Positions 31,254 through 42,467 of a stretch of 64,000 nt of DNA are shown one piece after another (within the stretch, counting starts at the first letter, position 1; each line of letters begins with the position of its first letter). The notes beneath the pieces are model-generated. The model worked only from the letters and a program-made list of their open reading frames with translations. It did no database searches and was not told the DNA's origin. The translations under genes were made by a program, and so were the position numbers. This stretch comes from Candidatus Krumholzibacteriota bacterium (GTDB lineage Bacteria > Krumholzibacteriota > Krumholzibacteriia > JAJRXK01): the NCBI GenBank assembly GCA_963727455.1, contig CAVSGG010000008.1, positions 1-64,000 on the forward strand, read 5' to 3'.

Positions 31254-32090
31254 CTAGAGCGCCTCCCGTACCCGGCGATGGAGATCGACTACCAGCGGCA
31301 GCCAGCTCTGCAGCGTATCCAAGGGGAGTTGTGTCGAGGCATCCGAGAGGGCGCGCGCCGGGTCCGGATGCGCCTCCAGAAACAGCCCGTTCACCCCGGC
31401 TGCCACCGCTGCCCGCGCCATCATCGGCGCGAGGGCCGGCGTACCGCCACTCACCGAACCCTCCGCGCTGGGACGTTGCAGCGAGTGCGTGAGATCGAAG
31501 ACCCACGGCCAACCCAATTCGTGCGCGACAGCGAATCCGCGGAAATCCACCACCAGATCGTGGTAGCCGAAACTCGTCCCACGTTCGGTCAAGAGGATTC
31601 TCTCTCCACCGGCCGCCTCGATCTTCGCGCTCACGTGCGCGAGATCCTCTGGAGCGAGAAATTGTCCCTTCTTCACGTTGACGGCTTTCTTGCTGCGCCC
31701 GGCTGCCTCCAAGAGACGGCTTTGGCGCGAGAGGAATGCGGGAATCTGAAGAATGTCGACACCGGCCTCGGCGGCTTCTTCGACCTCCTCCACCGCGTGA
31801 ACGTCGGTGAGAATAGGACACCCCACCTCCGCGCGAATGCGCATCAAAAGCGCCAAACCCTCTTGCGGGCCCGGACCACGAGGACTTTCGCCGCGCGTTC
31901 GGTTGTCTTTCAGATAGCTGGACTTGAAGACGTAGCCCACTCCCAGACGCCTGGCGAGCTTGGACAAATAGGAAGCGGTGCGCAGCATCTCGTCGGGATT
32001 CTCAAGCACACAGGGACCTGCGATGAGCAGAAGCGGCGCGCCTGCGCCAATCTCCACTTCGTCGATCTTGAATCTACGTGCCGTCGCCAA
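31254..32090 (-). CDS. kdsA: Kdo-8-phosphate synthase
   Basis: IAGPCVLE, QIPAFLSRQ, KKGQF, ERGTSFGY and FDLTHSLQRP motifs; TTG start just after the pyrG stop (start uncertain). Confidence 0.95.
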   Translation of the reverse strand: MATARRFKIDEVEIGAGAPLLLIAGPCVLENPDEMLRTASYLSKLARRLGVGYVFKSSYLKDNRTRGESPRGPGPQEGLALLMRIRAEVGCPILTDVHAVEEVEEAAEAGVDILQIPAFLSRQSRLLEAAGRSKKAVNVKKGQFLAPEDLAHVSAKIEAAGGERILLTERGTSFGYHDLVVDFRGFAVAHELGWPWVFDLTHSLQRPSAEGSVSGGTPALAPMMARAAVAAGVNGLFLEAHPDPARALSDASTQLPLDTLQSWLPLVVDLHRRVREAL

Positions 32091-32091
32091 C

Positions 32092-33774
<1,683 letters not shown>

Positions 33775-33857
33775 CGGATCCTCCTTGAAACGAGAACTCG
33801 TCGCGACCCTAACCCATCTTCGCCCAGCAGGGAAGAAGCGGCCATGGGGATGCCGCG

Positions 33858-34643
33858 TCAGCGCCCTTCGTTGGCCAATTGCCGCTCGATTCGCTCGAGA
33901 TCCTGTGGGGTATCGACCCCAGGGGGCAGAGCGGCAATGGTGCCCACGATGATCCGCTCCCCACTCTCCAAGAAACGCAATTGCTCCAGATTTTCCATCT
34001 TCTCCAGGCGGCCGCCCGGGCGCTTCAGGAATTCCAGAAGCGCTTGCCGGCGAAAACCGTAGAGACCGACGTGCCGCAGAGCTGAAGCGGGGTCACTCTT
34101 GCGCTCCCGACCGAGCTCGGCGCGGCGGCCGGGAATGGATGCCCTGGAAAAATAGAGAGCAAAACCGCGTTCGTCACAAACCACCTTGACCACGTTGGGG
34201 TCGAGGTAGGCTTCGTCGGATATCGGAAGCGGAGAGGCCAGGGTGCTGACGGCTGCTTCAGGATGTTCCTCGAGAAGCTCCACGAGCCGGTCGATTGCGG
34301 CCGAGGGAACCAGTGGCTCGTCTCCTTGAACGTTGAGCACGACCGCCTCTTCGCGATTCTCCACGACCTCGCCGATCCGGTCGCTTCCGGTGGCGTGATT
34401 CCCGCGCGTGAGCACTGCGCTAGCCCCGGCTTCGCGGGCGGCCCGAGCAATGCGCTCGTCATCCGTCGCTACCAGCACTTCCCCCACACGCTTTGCCCCT
34501 TGGGCCGCATGAACCACGTGCGCGATCACGGGCTTGCCGTGAAGAAGAGCCAGCGGCTTGCCGGGGAACCGCGTGCTCCCGTAGCGGGCAGGAATGACCG
34601 CCACGACCTGAATCTTCTCGATCGAAGAACTCCGCTGCCTCAT
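33858..34643 (-). CDS. kdsB: CMP-Kdo synthetase
   Basis: IPARYGSTRFPGKPL, NVQGDEP, ALYFSRA and LEQLR motifs. Confidence 0.97.
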   Translation of the reverse strand: MRQRSSSIEKIQVVAVIPARYGSTRFPGKPLALLHGKPVIAHVVHAAQGAKRVGEVLVATDDERIARAAREAGASAVLTRGNHATGSDRIGEVVENREEAVVLNVQGDEPLVPSAAIDRLVELLEEHPEAAVSTLASPLPISDEAYLDPNVVKVVCDERGFALYFSRASIPGRRAELGRERKSDPASALRHVGLYGFRRQALLEFLKRPGGRLEKMENLEQLRFLESGERIIVGTIAALPPGVDTPQDLERIERQLANEGR

Positions 34644-34711
34644 CGTCGTGCCTTCGCTCCTCTAGGACTCACCGCTCCACTTAGCCCCCGCTCCCGTTGC
34701 TTTGTCAACAG

Positions 34712-34745
34712 AGACGCCCACCCCCCGTCTGGGAGGTGGGCGTCT
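34712..34745 (-). terminator. Putative intrinsic terminator after rpmA
   Basis: Strong stem AGACGCCCACC...GGTGGGCGTCT followed by CTGTT on the minus strand (weak U-tract). Confidence 0.6.
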
Positions 34746-34769
34746 GGAAAATCTTCAGGCATCGCGGCC

Positions 34770-35027
34770 TCAGTTGACCGTGAGAACGTTGACCCGTTTG
34801 CGACCCTTGCCCCATTCCTCGTACTGCACTTCCCCATCCACCTTGGCGTAGAGCGTGTAGTCCTTGCCCGTGCCCACGTTGGTTCCTGCGTGGATCTTGG
34901 TTCCCAGCTGGCGCACGAGAATGCTGCCCGCTGAAACTCTTTGTCCTCCGAAGACCTTCACGCCCCGGTGCTGGGGATTGCTGTCGCGTCCGTTGCGGCT
35001 GGAGCCGACACCCTTCTTGTGAGCCAT
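34770..35027 (-). CDS. rpmA: 50S ribosomal protein L27
   Basis: [16 protein letters not shown]. Confidence 0.99.
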   Translation of the reverse strand: MAHKKGVGSSRNGRDSNPQHRGVKVFGGQRVSAGSILVRQLGTKIHAGTNVGTGKDYTLYAKVDGEVQYEEWGKGRKRVNVLTVN

Positions 35028-35039
35028 GGTTCTGTCTCC

Positions 35040-35354
35040 TTAGCCTTGAATGCCGGTGATCTTGACGGCGGTGTAGAGCTGGCGGTGGCCCTGTGTTCTC
35101 TGGAAGTTCTTGCGCCGCTTCTTCTTGAAGACGACCACCTTCTCTTCCTTGCCCTGAGCCACGACCTCGGCCAAGACCTTGGCGCCTTCCACCAGCGGCG
35201 CCCCCACCTGGACCTCGTCCCCTCCGACCAGGAGGACTTCGTCGAACTCCAGCTTCGCGCCCACTTCGGCCTCCATGAGAGGCACCCGGATGATGTCGTT
35301 CTCACTCACCCGAAACTGGACATCCGCGATCCGAACTACGGCGGATTGAGACAT
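35040..35354 (-). CDS. rplU: 50S ribosomal protein L21
   Basis: QFRVSEND, VGAPLVEGA and KKRRKNFQRTQGHRQ motifs; start ATG 35354. Confidence 0.97.
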   Translation of the reverse strand: MSQSAVVRIADVQFRVSENDIIRVPLMEAEVGAKLEFDEVLLVGGDEVQVGAPLVEGAKVLAEVVAQGKEEKVVVFKKKRRKNFQRTQGHRQLYTAVKITGIQG

Positions 35355-35459
35355 GATAGCACCCTGCTTGTTTCGATTGCCTTCTAGCCGCGTGCTCAGG
35401 CCGACGCCGGTTGGCGTTGTCGGCGGGAGGCCCCGGAGGGCTCTCAGCACGGACCGAAA

Positions 35460-35488
35460 AATGTATCAAGGGCTTCCCTCCTCGTCAA
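35460..35488 (-). promoter_or_regulatory. Putative sigma70 promoter of rplU-rpmA
   Basis: TTGACG-17 nt-TACATT. Confidence 0.6.
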
Positions 35489-35624
35489 GGCCGCGGGCCG
35501 CGGCGCCTTGCCAAAGCTCCGGCCTGAGTATAGTACTTGAGCGTCCGAAGGGCTCGACGAGGGGCCGTCGAGCGAGTTTGCGCCGTTTTGAGGGCTTTGG
35601 CCCGCGAGAACAGTGAGGTTGGCA

Positions 35625-36557
35625 ATGAGCGAGATCCGCAAGAGCATCGTCATCGGTTCGGGTCCGGCAGGTCTCACGGCCGCCCTCTATCTCTCCCGCG
35701 CCAACCTGAGCCCCAAGGTCTTCGAGGGGGAGCAACCCGGGGGACAGCTCACCATCACCACCGAGGTGGAAAACTATCCCGGATTCCCCGAGGGCATCCA
35801 GGGGCCCGAACTCATGGACCTATTTCGCAAGCAGGCCCAGCGCTTTGGCGCCGAATGCGAGTTCAAGACCGTCACAAAAGTGGATTTCTCCCAGAGGCCC
35901 TTCACCGTGAGTGTGGACGACGGCAGCGAGCACCAAGCGCATTCGGTGGTAATCTCCACCGGGAGCTCGGCACGCTGGCTGGGGTTGAAGAACGAGTCTC
36001 GCTTGCGCGGCCATGGTGTAAGCGCTTGTGCCACATGCGATGGATTCTTCTTCAAGGACGAGGTCGTCACCATCGTCGGGGGCGGCGACACGGCCATGGA
36101 AGAGGCCCTCTTCCTCACGAAATTTGCGAGCAAGGTGATCATCGTTCACCGCCGCAACGAGCTACGCGCCTCGAAGGTCATGCAGGATCGGGCCCTGGCC
36201 AACAAGAAGATCGAGGTGGTGTGGAACAAAGTGGTCGTCGAGGTCCTGGGCGACGACAAGGTCGAAGGGGTGCGAGTGAAGGACACCGAGACCGATGAAG
36301 AATCCACGATCGAATGCGGGGGTTTCTTCCTCGCCATCGGACACGAACCCAACACGAAGATCTTCGAGGGTCAACTGGAATTGGATGAACTCGGCTACAT
36401 CAAGACCCACGACCAAGTTCTCACCAATATCGAGGGAGTCTTCGCCGCCGGAGACGTGCAGGATCACGTCTACCGGCAAGCAGTGACTGCAGCGGGAAGC
36501 GGCTGTCAGGCCGCAATTCGTGCGGAGCGTTGGCTGGGCGAACAGGGAATCGAGTAG
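35625..36557 (+). CDS. trxB: Thioredoxin reductase
   Basis: [28 protein letters not shown] and AGDVQD..YRQA motifs. Confidence 0.98.
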   Translation: MSEIRKSIVIGSGPAGLTAALYLSRANLSPKVFEGEQPGGQLTITTEVENYPGFPEGIQGPELMDLFRKQAQRFGAECEFKTVTKVDFSQRPFTVSVDDGSEHQAHSVVISTGSSARWLGLKNESRLRGHGVSACATCDGFFFKDEVVTIVGGGDTAMEEALFLTKFASKVIIVHRRNELRASKVMQDRALANKKIEVVWNKVVVEVLGDDKVEGVRVKDTETDEESTIECGGFFLAIGHEPNTKIFEGQLELDELGYIKTHDQVLTNIEGVFAAGDVQDHVYRQAVTAAGSGCQAAIRAERWLGEQGIE

Positions 36558-36600
36558 TTCGCCAGTCCTGAGCCGGATTTCACTTGGTCAGGCCTCAATC

Positions 36601-37146
36601 TCAGGCGTCACGCAAGAGGCTCAGCACCTCGGCCCGGGTCGCAGGACGGTTACGGAAGGCCCCCAGCATTTCGCTGGTGATGGCCACCGAGTTCTGCTTC
36701 TCCACTCCCCGCATCATCATGCACAAGTGCTGGGCACGGATCACCACCGCAACGCCCTGGGGGTGAAGGTAGTCGTTGAGCGCGTTGGCAATTTGCGTGG
36801 TGAGCCGCTCTTGCACTTGCAGACGACGGGCGAAGATCTCCACGATGCGCGCCATCTTGCTCAACCCGATAATCTTGCCGTCGGGAATGTAGGCAACGCC
36901 CGCTTTTCCGAAGAACGGCAGCATGTGGTGCTCACACATGCTGTAGAAGTCGATGTTTCTCACCAGCACCATCTCGCGATTGTCCGAATCGAAGATTGCG
37001 TCGTTCATCGCCGCTTCCACATCGCCCCCATAGCCGCTGCACAGGAACTGCCAGGCTTCCGCCACTCGCTGCGGCGTTCTCTGCAGACCCTCGCGCTCTG
37101 GATCTTCGCCGATCTCCACGAGCATCTTCCGGATTAGATCTTCCAT
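36601..37146 (-). CDS. folE: GTP cyclohydrolase I
   Basis: [31 protein letters not shown] and HLCMMMRGV motifs. Confidence 0.98.
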   Translation of the reverse strand: MEDLIRKMLVEIGEDPEREGLQRTPQRVAEAWQFLCSGYGGDVEAAMNDAIFDSDNREMVLVRNIDFYSMCEHHMLPFFGKAGVAYIPDGKIIGLSKMARIVEIFARRLQVQERLTTQIANALNDYLHPQGVAVVIRAQHLCMMMRGVEKQNSVAITSEMLGAFRNRPATRAEVLSLLRDA

Positions 37147-37227
37147 CTCGACTCCTTCGCGCGCGCTACTCCACTGGCGCAAACCTGCCGCTCTCCCTCG
37201 AGCAATTCGGTGGACTCAAGAACGAAC

Positions 37228-37617
37228 TCAACTCGCCACGAAGCGATTTCTCGGAGTTTCCACGAGTTCGACGGAAACCAGCTGTGGGCCTCCTGCAAAC
37301 TCTTGCTCTAGCCAGCGCCGGAACACTAGAGCGAGATTCTCACCCGTGGTCACCTCGTCGATGATGTCATCGAGGTGGCGGTGGTCCACTTTGGAGATCA
37401 GACACTCCTCGACGCGCCGATCGACTTGCAAACGATCGAAGAGCATGCCGGTGAGCGGATCCGGCTCTCCCTCGAAGAGGACGACGAGCTCGTAGTTATG
37501 CCCGTGCCCACCTTCGTTTGCGCACTTTCCGTAGACCTCCTCGTTCTCCTCTTCGGCCAAGGCGGAGGTATACAAGCGGTGCGAAGCCTCGAAGCGGTAG
37601 ATCCGTCCCACCCTCAT
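37228..37617 (-). CDS. 6-pyruvoyl-tetrahydropterin synthase / QueD-family protein (copy 2)
   Basis: FEASHRL, GKCANEGGHGHNY, DHRHL, TGENLA and ETPRN motifs. Confidence 0.9.
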   Translation of the reverse strand: MRVGRIYRFEASHRLYTSALAEEENEEVYGKCANEGGHGHNYELVVLFEGEPDPLTGMLFDRLQVDRRVEECLISKVDHRHLDDIIDEVTTGENLALVFRRWLEQEFAGGPQLVSVELVETPRNRFVAS

Positions 37618-38054
37618 TGCGTCGGCTCCCTTTCCAGCTCTGCAAAGAGGTCTTCGCTCTCCCACAGGCGAATCAAGGAGAGCCGGCATTTGCCCAGCTC
37701 GGCGATCGGTTGCTCCAGAACCGACCAGAGGTAGCGAACGATATTCTCACAGCTCGGGATGACGTCGGTGAAATACTCGAGATCATAGTTGAGGAAAGAG
37801 TGGTCGAGCTTCTCCACCACGATCTGGCGCAGCAGTTTGTCCAGATCGGCCAGATTGATCACCATGCCCGTGACCGGATCCACCGGACCTTCCACACCAA
37901 CCTCAAGGCGATAGTTGTGTCCGTGCCCGTGCGGCCGGTTGCAGGCACCGAACACTTCACGATTCTGCTCTTCGCTAAGCGCCTCGCTGTGATAGCGATG
38001 TCCGGCGCAGAAGCGCACCGTCCTGAGGATTCGAAGGCGGGAAGTCGCGGACAA
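37614..38054 (-). CDS. 6-pyruvoyl-tetrahydropterin synthase / QueD-family protein (copy 1)
   Basis: FCAGHRY, FGACNRPHGHGHNY, DPVTGMVINL and LDHSFLN motifs. Confidence 0.92.
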   Translation of the reverse strand: MSATSRLRILRTVRFCAGHRYHSEALSEEQNREVFGACNRPHGHGHNYRLEVGVEGPVDPVTGMVINLADLDKLLRQIVVEKLDHSFLNYDLEYFTDVIPSCENIVRYLWSVLEQPIAELGKCRLSLIRLWESEDLFAELEREPTQ

Positions 38055-38188
38055 TTGGCACCTCCTCGCTAAGCGTCAGTTCGATCGCGAGCTCGGGAGG
38101 GGATCTGCAGTCACAAAAGTTCCCATAGGATATGACGCTCCTTGCCTACTCGCCACGAGCGAAAGCGGAACCGATCCGTGCGTCGAAC

Positions 38189-38926
38189 TCACACGAGGTG
38201 GAGTCCGCCGTCGACCGAGAAGTCGCTGCCAGTGGTCCAGGAAGATTCCTTGGAAGCGAGAAAGAGTATCGCGCTTGCCACTTCGTCTGCCGTGCCCACG
38301 CGACCGAGAGGATGCATCGTTGCAGCCCCTTTCAGATCCGCGCCCCTGTGGATCGGAGTCTGTACGATACCGGGACTCACGCTGACCACGCGAATTCCAT
38401 GCTCGGCCCATTCCAGGGCCAGCGATTGTCCCAAGGAGAGGAGGGCGGCCTTGGACGCGCAGTAGGCAGCGGCCCCGGGTACCGGCCGGTGAGCCAGGTT
38501 GCTGAGCACGTTGACCACCACGGCATCCTCGGCGGCCTCAAGCCAAGGATGCGCCGCCTTGCACAGCAGATAGGGGGCGCGCACGTTCAGCGCGAAATGC
38601 GCCTGCCAATCCGCGAGCTCGAGTTCCAGCACCGAGCGCGGGTGGTAGAGCCCTGCGTTGTTCACCAAAATGTCGATCCCATTCATGCTCCCGGCGGCAC
38701 TGGATACGGCTTGCTCGGCCGCCTCCACTGCATAAAGGTCTAGCGCGAGAACATCGGCGCTGCCGCCCGCGCTTACGATTTCTTCTTGGACCCTGCGGAG
38801 CTTGTCCTCGCCCCGTCCCACCAGGAAAACGGAAGCTCCCGCGCGACTGAATTGTCTGGCGGTTGCGGCGCCAATGCCGCTCCCCCCACCGGTGATCAGC
38901 GCCTTTCGACCGTGCAAAGTGAACAT
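38189..38926 (-). CDS. Short-chain dehydrogenase/reductase
   Basis: TGGGSGIG, NNAG, YCASK catalytic motif and VDGG; start ATG 38926. Confidence 0.93.
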   Translation of the reverse strand: MFTLHGRKALITGGGSGIGAATARQFSRAGASVFLVGRGEDKLRRVQEEIVSAGGSADVLALDLYAVEAAEQAVSSAAGSMNGIDILVNNAGLYHPRSVLELELADWQAHFALNVRAPYLLCKAAHPWLEAAEDAVVVNVLSNLAHRPVPGAAAYCASKAALLSLGQSLALEWAEHGIRVVSVSPGIVQTPIHRGADLKGAATMHPLGRVGTADEVASAILFLASKESSWTTGSDFSVDGGLHLV

Positions 38927-39056
38927 CGATGCTCCTCTCTCCACCCTCTGACCTGGTGCCAAAGGGCGTGATCCGGCTTACCCATGATTCCTCAGAATAC
39001 CCGGTCCTTCCCCACACCGCCCCTGGCCGTCGGCTCTGAATCAGGTGGCATCCGGG

Positions 39057-39227
39057 TTGCTGTAAGTGTCCACGTACTCGATTTCGCCGGAGGGCGGAAC
39101 GGAAAACGACAGAACGAATTCGGGCTCATCACAAAGTCGTCCCCCCCAGAGATCGTGTGATGAGTGTAGTTCTGGAGTTCCCGTTTTCGTCCTCCGGCGG
39201 ATTTTTTTGCCCGGCATTGCACTGCAA
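39057..39227 (+). ncRNA. Candidate rod-shaped structured RNA (6S-like architecture)
   Basis: Nested inverted repeats 39085-93/39191-99, 39110-15/39169-74 and 39125-33/39156-64; weaker outer stem 39057-68/39215-27 closing a bubble of about 15 nt per side; G-U pairs favour the + strand. Confidence 0.4.
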
Positions 39228-39229
39228 GC

Positions 39230-39910
39230 TCAGCTGTCTCCTTCACCCTCCTCGACGGTTACTGGCTCCCATATTCCCGACTCGCCGAACGCTCCGCCAG
39301 CGGAGACTCTCAGCTTTCCCTCGGCGATCCAGCGCAGGACGCGCGGATAGAGATTGCATTCGGCTTCAAAGACGCGCGCGCGCAGGCTGACCAGATCATC
39401 GGACTCGAGCACCGGAACCTTGATTCGAGCCACAATCTGCCCTGAATCGAAGTACTCATCGACAAGGTGCACGGTTGCCCCACTCTCCTTTTCCCCGGCC
39501 GCGAGCACTGCCGAGTGCACGCGATCGCCGTAGAAGCCGGCTCCCCCGAAGCGGGGGAGCAAAGCCGGGTGAATGTTTAGAACCGGCAACTCGGCGCGAG
39601 AGGAGAGATCGAGAAGAGAGAGGTAGCCGGCAAGGCACAGCAACCGCGCCCCGCGCTCTTGCAGCCAGCGAAAGATCTCGCGATCGCGCTGCGCCCGCCC
39701 GGTGTAGTCAGATTTCTTGAACACTCGCGTGGGGATCTTCGCCTCGGCCGCGATCTGAAGTCCGCGGGCGCGCTCGCGATCGCTGCCGACCGCCACGATG
39801 CGCACTGGCAGCCTCTTCTCCTCGATTTCCTTCAGGAAGTTCGCGAGAGTGCGGCCGGTGCCGCTCAACAGCACGGCGACCGGGAGTTCTTGCGCAGGCT
39901 CGAAGGTCAT
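39230..39910 (-). CDS. purN: Phosphoribosylglycinamide formyltransferase
   Basis: LSGTGRTL, LAGYL, NIHPALLP, SGATVHLV and DSG motifs. Confidence 0.95.
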   Translation of the reverse strand: MTFEPAQELPVAVLLSGTGRTLANFLKEIEEKRLPVRIVAVGSDRERARGLQIAAEAKIPTRVFKKSDYTGRAQRDREIFRWLQERGARLLCLAGYLSLLDLSSRAELPVLNIHPALLPRFGGAGFYGDRVHSAVLAAGEKESGATVHLVDEYFDSGQIVARIKVPVLESDDLVSLRARVFEAECNLYPRVLRWIAEGKLRVSAGGAFGESGIWEPVTVEEGEGDS

Positions 39911-39932
39911 GGCCTCGGCGATGGCCTCCCCT

Positions 39933-41516
39933 CTACTGAGGTCTTCGGCTCACGAAGGCCAAAGTAATCGCCTGGAACAAAAGGAACAGAGCGAGTGGAA
40001 GCCCTCCCCATTTGGTGTAGGGAGAGGAAGTAGAGCTGGGATGTAGCGTACGCACGATGTAGGTCCGCTCTTGCAGGCGGGTCTGATCCACCACGCGTCC
40101 GCTGGCGAGAACGAAGAAGCAGATTCCGTTGTTGGAACAGCGAACCGTGGGGACACGATTCTCCGCGGATCGCATGACCCCCATGAGACCGTGCTGATAG
40201 GGACCCAGAGTATTTCCGAACCAGCCGTCATTACTCATGTTCACAAGGATCTCGGCACCCTTGCGCACCGCGTCGCGGCTCGGACCGGAGAAGATCGACT
40301 CGAAGCAGATGAGATTGGCGAAGCGGTACCCGTCGACTTCGAAAATCGTACGCTCAGGACCCGGGTCCCATTCGGCCTGTCCGAAGTCTACTTTTCCCAG
40401 AAAGGGAAAGACCCGTTGGAAGGGCATGCGCTCGCCAAATGGTAGAAGGTGCATTTTCCGATAACGCGCCCTCACCGCCCCCGCATCGTCCATCAAGAGA
40501 GAGCTGTTGTAGCGCAAGAGCGAGCCGTCCGACTTGACTTCACGTTCGGGAAAGCCGGTGAGCAGGTAGATTTTCTTGCGCACCACGAGATCTTGAAGCC
40601 GCATGAGATAGCGTGGTGCCCGCAGTACGTCGAGCGGAACCGCCGTCTCCGGCCATACCACCAGGCGCGCGCCGTCGTCCGCCGCCTCTTCACTGAGCTT
40701 CGTGAAGGGAATGAAGGTGGAATCACGACGCGCGGGATCGAATTTGTCCATGAGCGAAACGTTGCCCTGGATCACGCCGACGCGTAAACCCTCTCCGGGC
40801 CCCACTGGCGTCTCCAGAGCCTGCATGGTGTGCGTCCCATAGACCAGAGTGACGCCGTACAAAAGAAGCAGCGCAACCAGAGCCCACCAGCGGTAGAGCA
40901 CGGCGCGGCCAAGTCGCGGAAATTCACCGCGCAGCGAGAGCCAGGTCAAGGCGAGGAGAACGTTGGTCACTGCGACCAGCCAGCTGATGCCCAGCTCGCC
41001 GAAGATCCCGGCCACCTGCAGAATGGGCACGTAATGGAGCTGGGTCATGGCCAGACGCATCCAGGGGAAGCCCAGCTCGCCCGACCCCTCCAGCCACTCC
41101 ACCACGACCCAGATGATGGGAAACCACCAGATGGCCTGTTCGTGATAGTGCTGGCGCAATTTGGCGCTGACCCAGAATACGATCCCGTCGAAGACGGTCA
41201 TGTACAGAGCGAGCAGCACGAGCCCCATCGGCAAAAACAGCCAACGGTATTTCATCGTCGCCGCCGGATCGAGCTGCAAAAGCCAGTAGAGTTCGCTCAG
41301 ATGATGGCTCAAGCCGAAGGAGAGGATGAGCAGCTTGAGACGGAGCGGCCGTGCTTCCCTGAGGTTCCGTGGATGGAAGAGGACGAGCAGAACCGGCACC
41401 AACGCTCCGTAGGCCAAAAAACCCACGGGCGAAGGCGCTCCGGCGATGCTCAGCAGGAGTCCGCTGGTGATGCCGGCAAGAAATTCGGGAGTTGCCCAGA
41501 ACCTAGAACCTTGCAT
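39933..41516 (-). CDS. lnt: Apolipoprotein N-acyltransferase
   Basis: TM domain, GFPW, VWPETA, YRKMHLLPFGE, ICFESIF and NDGWFG motifs; start uncertain. Confidence 0.95.
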   Translation of the reverse strand: MQGSRFWATPEFLAGITSGLLLSIAGAPSPVGFLAYGALVPVLLVLFHPRNLREARPLRLKLLILSFGLSHHLSELYWLLQLDPAATMKYRWLFLPMGLVLLALYMTVFDGIVFWVSAKLRQHYHEQAIWWFPIIWVVVEWLEGSGELGFPWMRLAMTQLHYVPILQVAGIFGELGISWLVAVTNVLLALTWLSLRGEFPRLGRAVLYRWWALVALLLLYGVTLVYGTHTMQALETPVGPGEGLRVGVIQGNVSLMDKFDPARRDSTFIPFTKLSEEAADDGARLVVWPETAVPLDVLRAPRYLMRLQDLVVRKKIYLLTGFPEREVKSDGSLLRYNSSLLMDDAGAVRARYRKMHLLPFGERMPFQRVFPFLGKVDFGQAEWDPGPERTIFEVDGYRFANLICFESIFSGPSRDAVRKGAEILVNMSNDGWFGNTLGPYQHGLMGVMRSAENRVPTVRCSNNGICFFVLASGRVVDQTRLQERTYIVRTLHPSSTSSPYTKWGGLPLALFLLFQAITLAFVSRRPQ

Positions 41517-41626
41517 GGAGGCCCCTGCGAAAGAAACCAAGCGACGGTCCCCATTCCCGGGCTTCTTCCGCGGGATCCCGTCGCGCACGCACTATAGGGG
41601 TCGGCCAGGTTCGTGTCGAGCCCCCC

Positions 41627-42313
41627 TCATTCCTCGTTGAGAATTCCGTGGATCTTCAGCTTCTGGTAAAAGACCTGTCGGCTGAGATGCAGGGAACGTG
41701 CTGCGCGGCTCTTGTTTCCCCTCGCCCGCCTGAGGGCGCGGCGGAGGAGTTCCGCCTCCCTGCTTGCGAGTTCCCTCGGGCTGGGCTCGCGGGATTCCCT
41801 CTCGAGCTCGCGCTCTCCTGTGTCCATCGTGGAGCGCAAGAGCCAGCTCGGAGGACCCAGGGTGCGCGCGAGCGCCTCCATTCCCTCGCGCGCCACGCGC
41901 AATCTGAGCCCGCCCGGCCGCCAGTTTGCGTCGACCGCGGCCAGAAACGCCACACAGGGGATGCGATCGCCAGGAAAGGGCCAACCAACGAGTCCGTGTA
42001 CGGCACGGCCGCGCAACCACTTCACCAGGGCGTCTTTGGACTCGCGGTCAACGGCAAGAGGACGCGCCCGCAAGAAGAGTTGGCGGTAGCCCGCCAGAGG
42101 CAGGGCGGTCTCGGGGGACTCGACCGGTCCCGAGGGATTCACGACCTGAAGAACCCGGAACACCAGCTCCGATTCACGCGAGGCCTGCACATGCAGACAG
42201 CGCGCGATTCCCAAGATCTCGGCGCCCAGGGCAGCTCGCAGTGCAAGCAGTCGATCGGACAGCTCTTCCTCAGGCACAGAGGGCAGAAACTCTTCGAGTA
42301 CATCGGAATTCAT
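41627..42313 (-). CDS. Fis-family helix-turn-helix protein with an unassigned (possibly GAF-like) N-terminal region and no AAA+ domain
   Basis: C-terminal ALRRARGNKSRAARSLHLSRQVFYQKLK; no Walker A or GAFTGA; start ATG 42313. Confidence 0.7.
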   Translation of the reverse strand: MNSDVLEEFLPSVPEEELSDRLLALRAALGAEILGIARCLHVQASRESELVFRVLQVVNPSGPVESPETALPLAGYRQLFLRARPLAVDRESKDALVKWLRGRAVHGLVGWPFPGDRIPCVAFLAAVDANWRPGGLRLRVAREGMEALARTLGPPSWLLRSTMDTGERELERESREPSPRELASREAELLRRALRRARGNKSRAARSLHLSRQVFYQKLKIHGILNEE

Positions 42314-42361
42314 CGTGAGCACAGAGAGGGAGGCGCGTGCATCTGTCGGCAGCGTCCAAGC

Positions 42362-42377
42362 TGCAAGGCCCGTGCCC
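42362..42377 (-). promoter_or_regulatory. Putative sigma54 (-24/-12) promoter
   Basis: GGGCACG-GGCC-TTGCA with exact GG-N10-GC spacing, about 50 nt upstream of ATG 42313. Confidence 0.65.
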
Positions 42378-42467
42378 CTCGTCCTGGCGCAAAGCGCGGG
42401 GAGAATCGCGTTTCTTGCTGAGGGGCCTGTCCCGTGCTCGGTGCACCGGACAGCGCGTGGGGGCCTT

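Noticed and set aside
38992-39350. ORFs 38992-39246 (-), 39066-39350 (+) and 39157-39390 (+)
   Set aside because: Atypical composition and no RBS; the region is better explained by RNA secondary structure.
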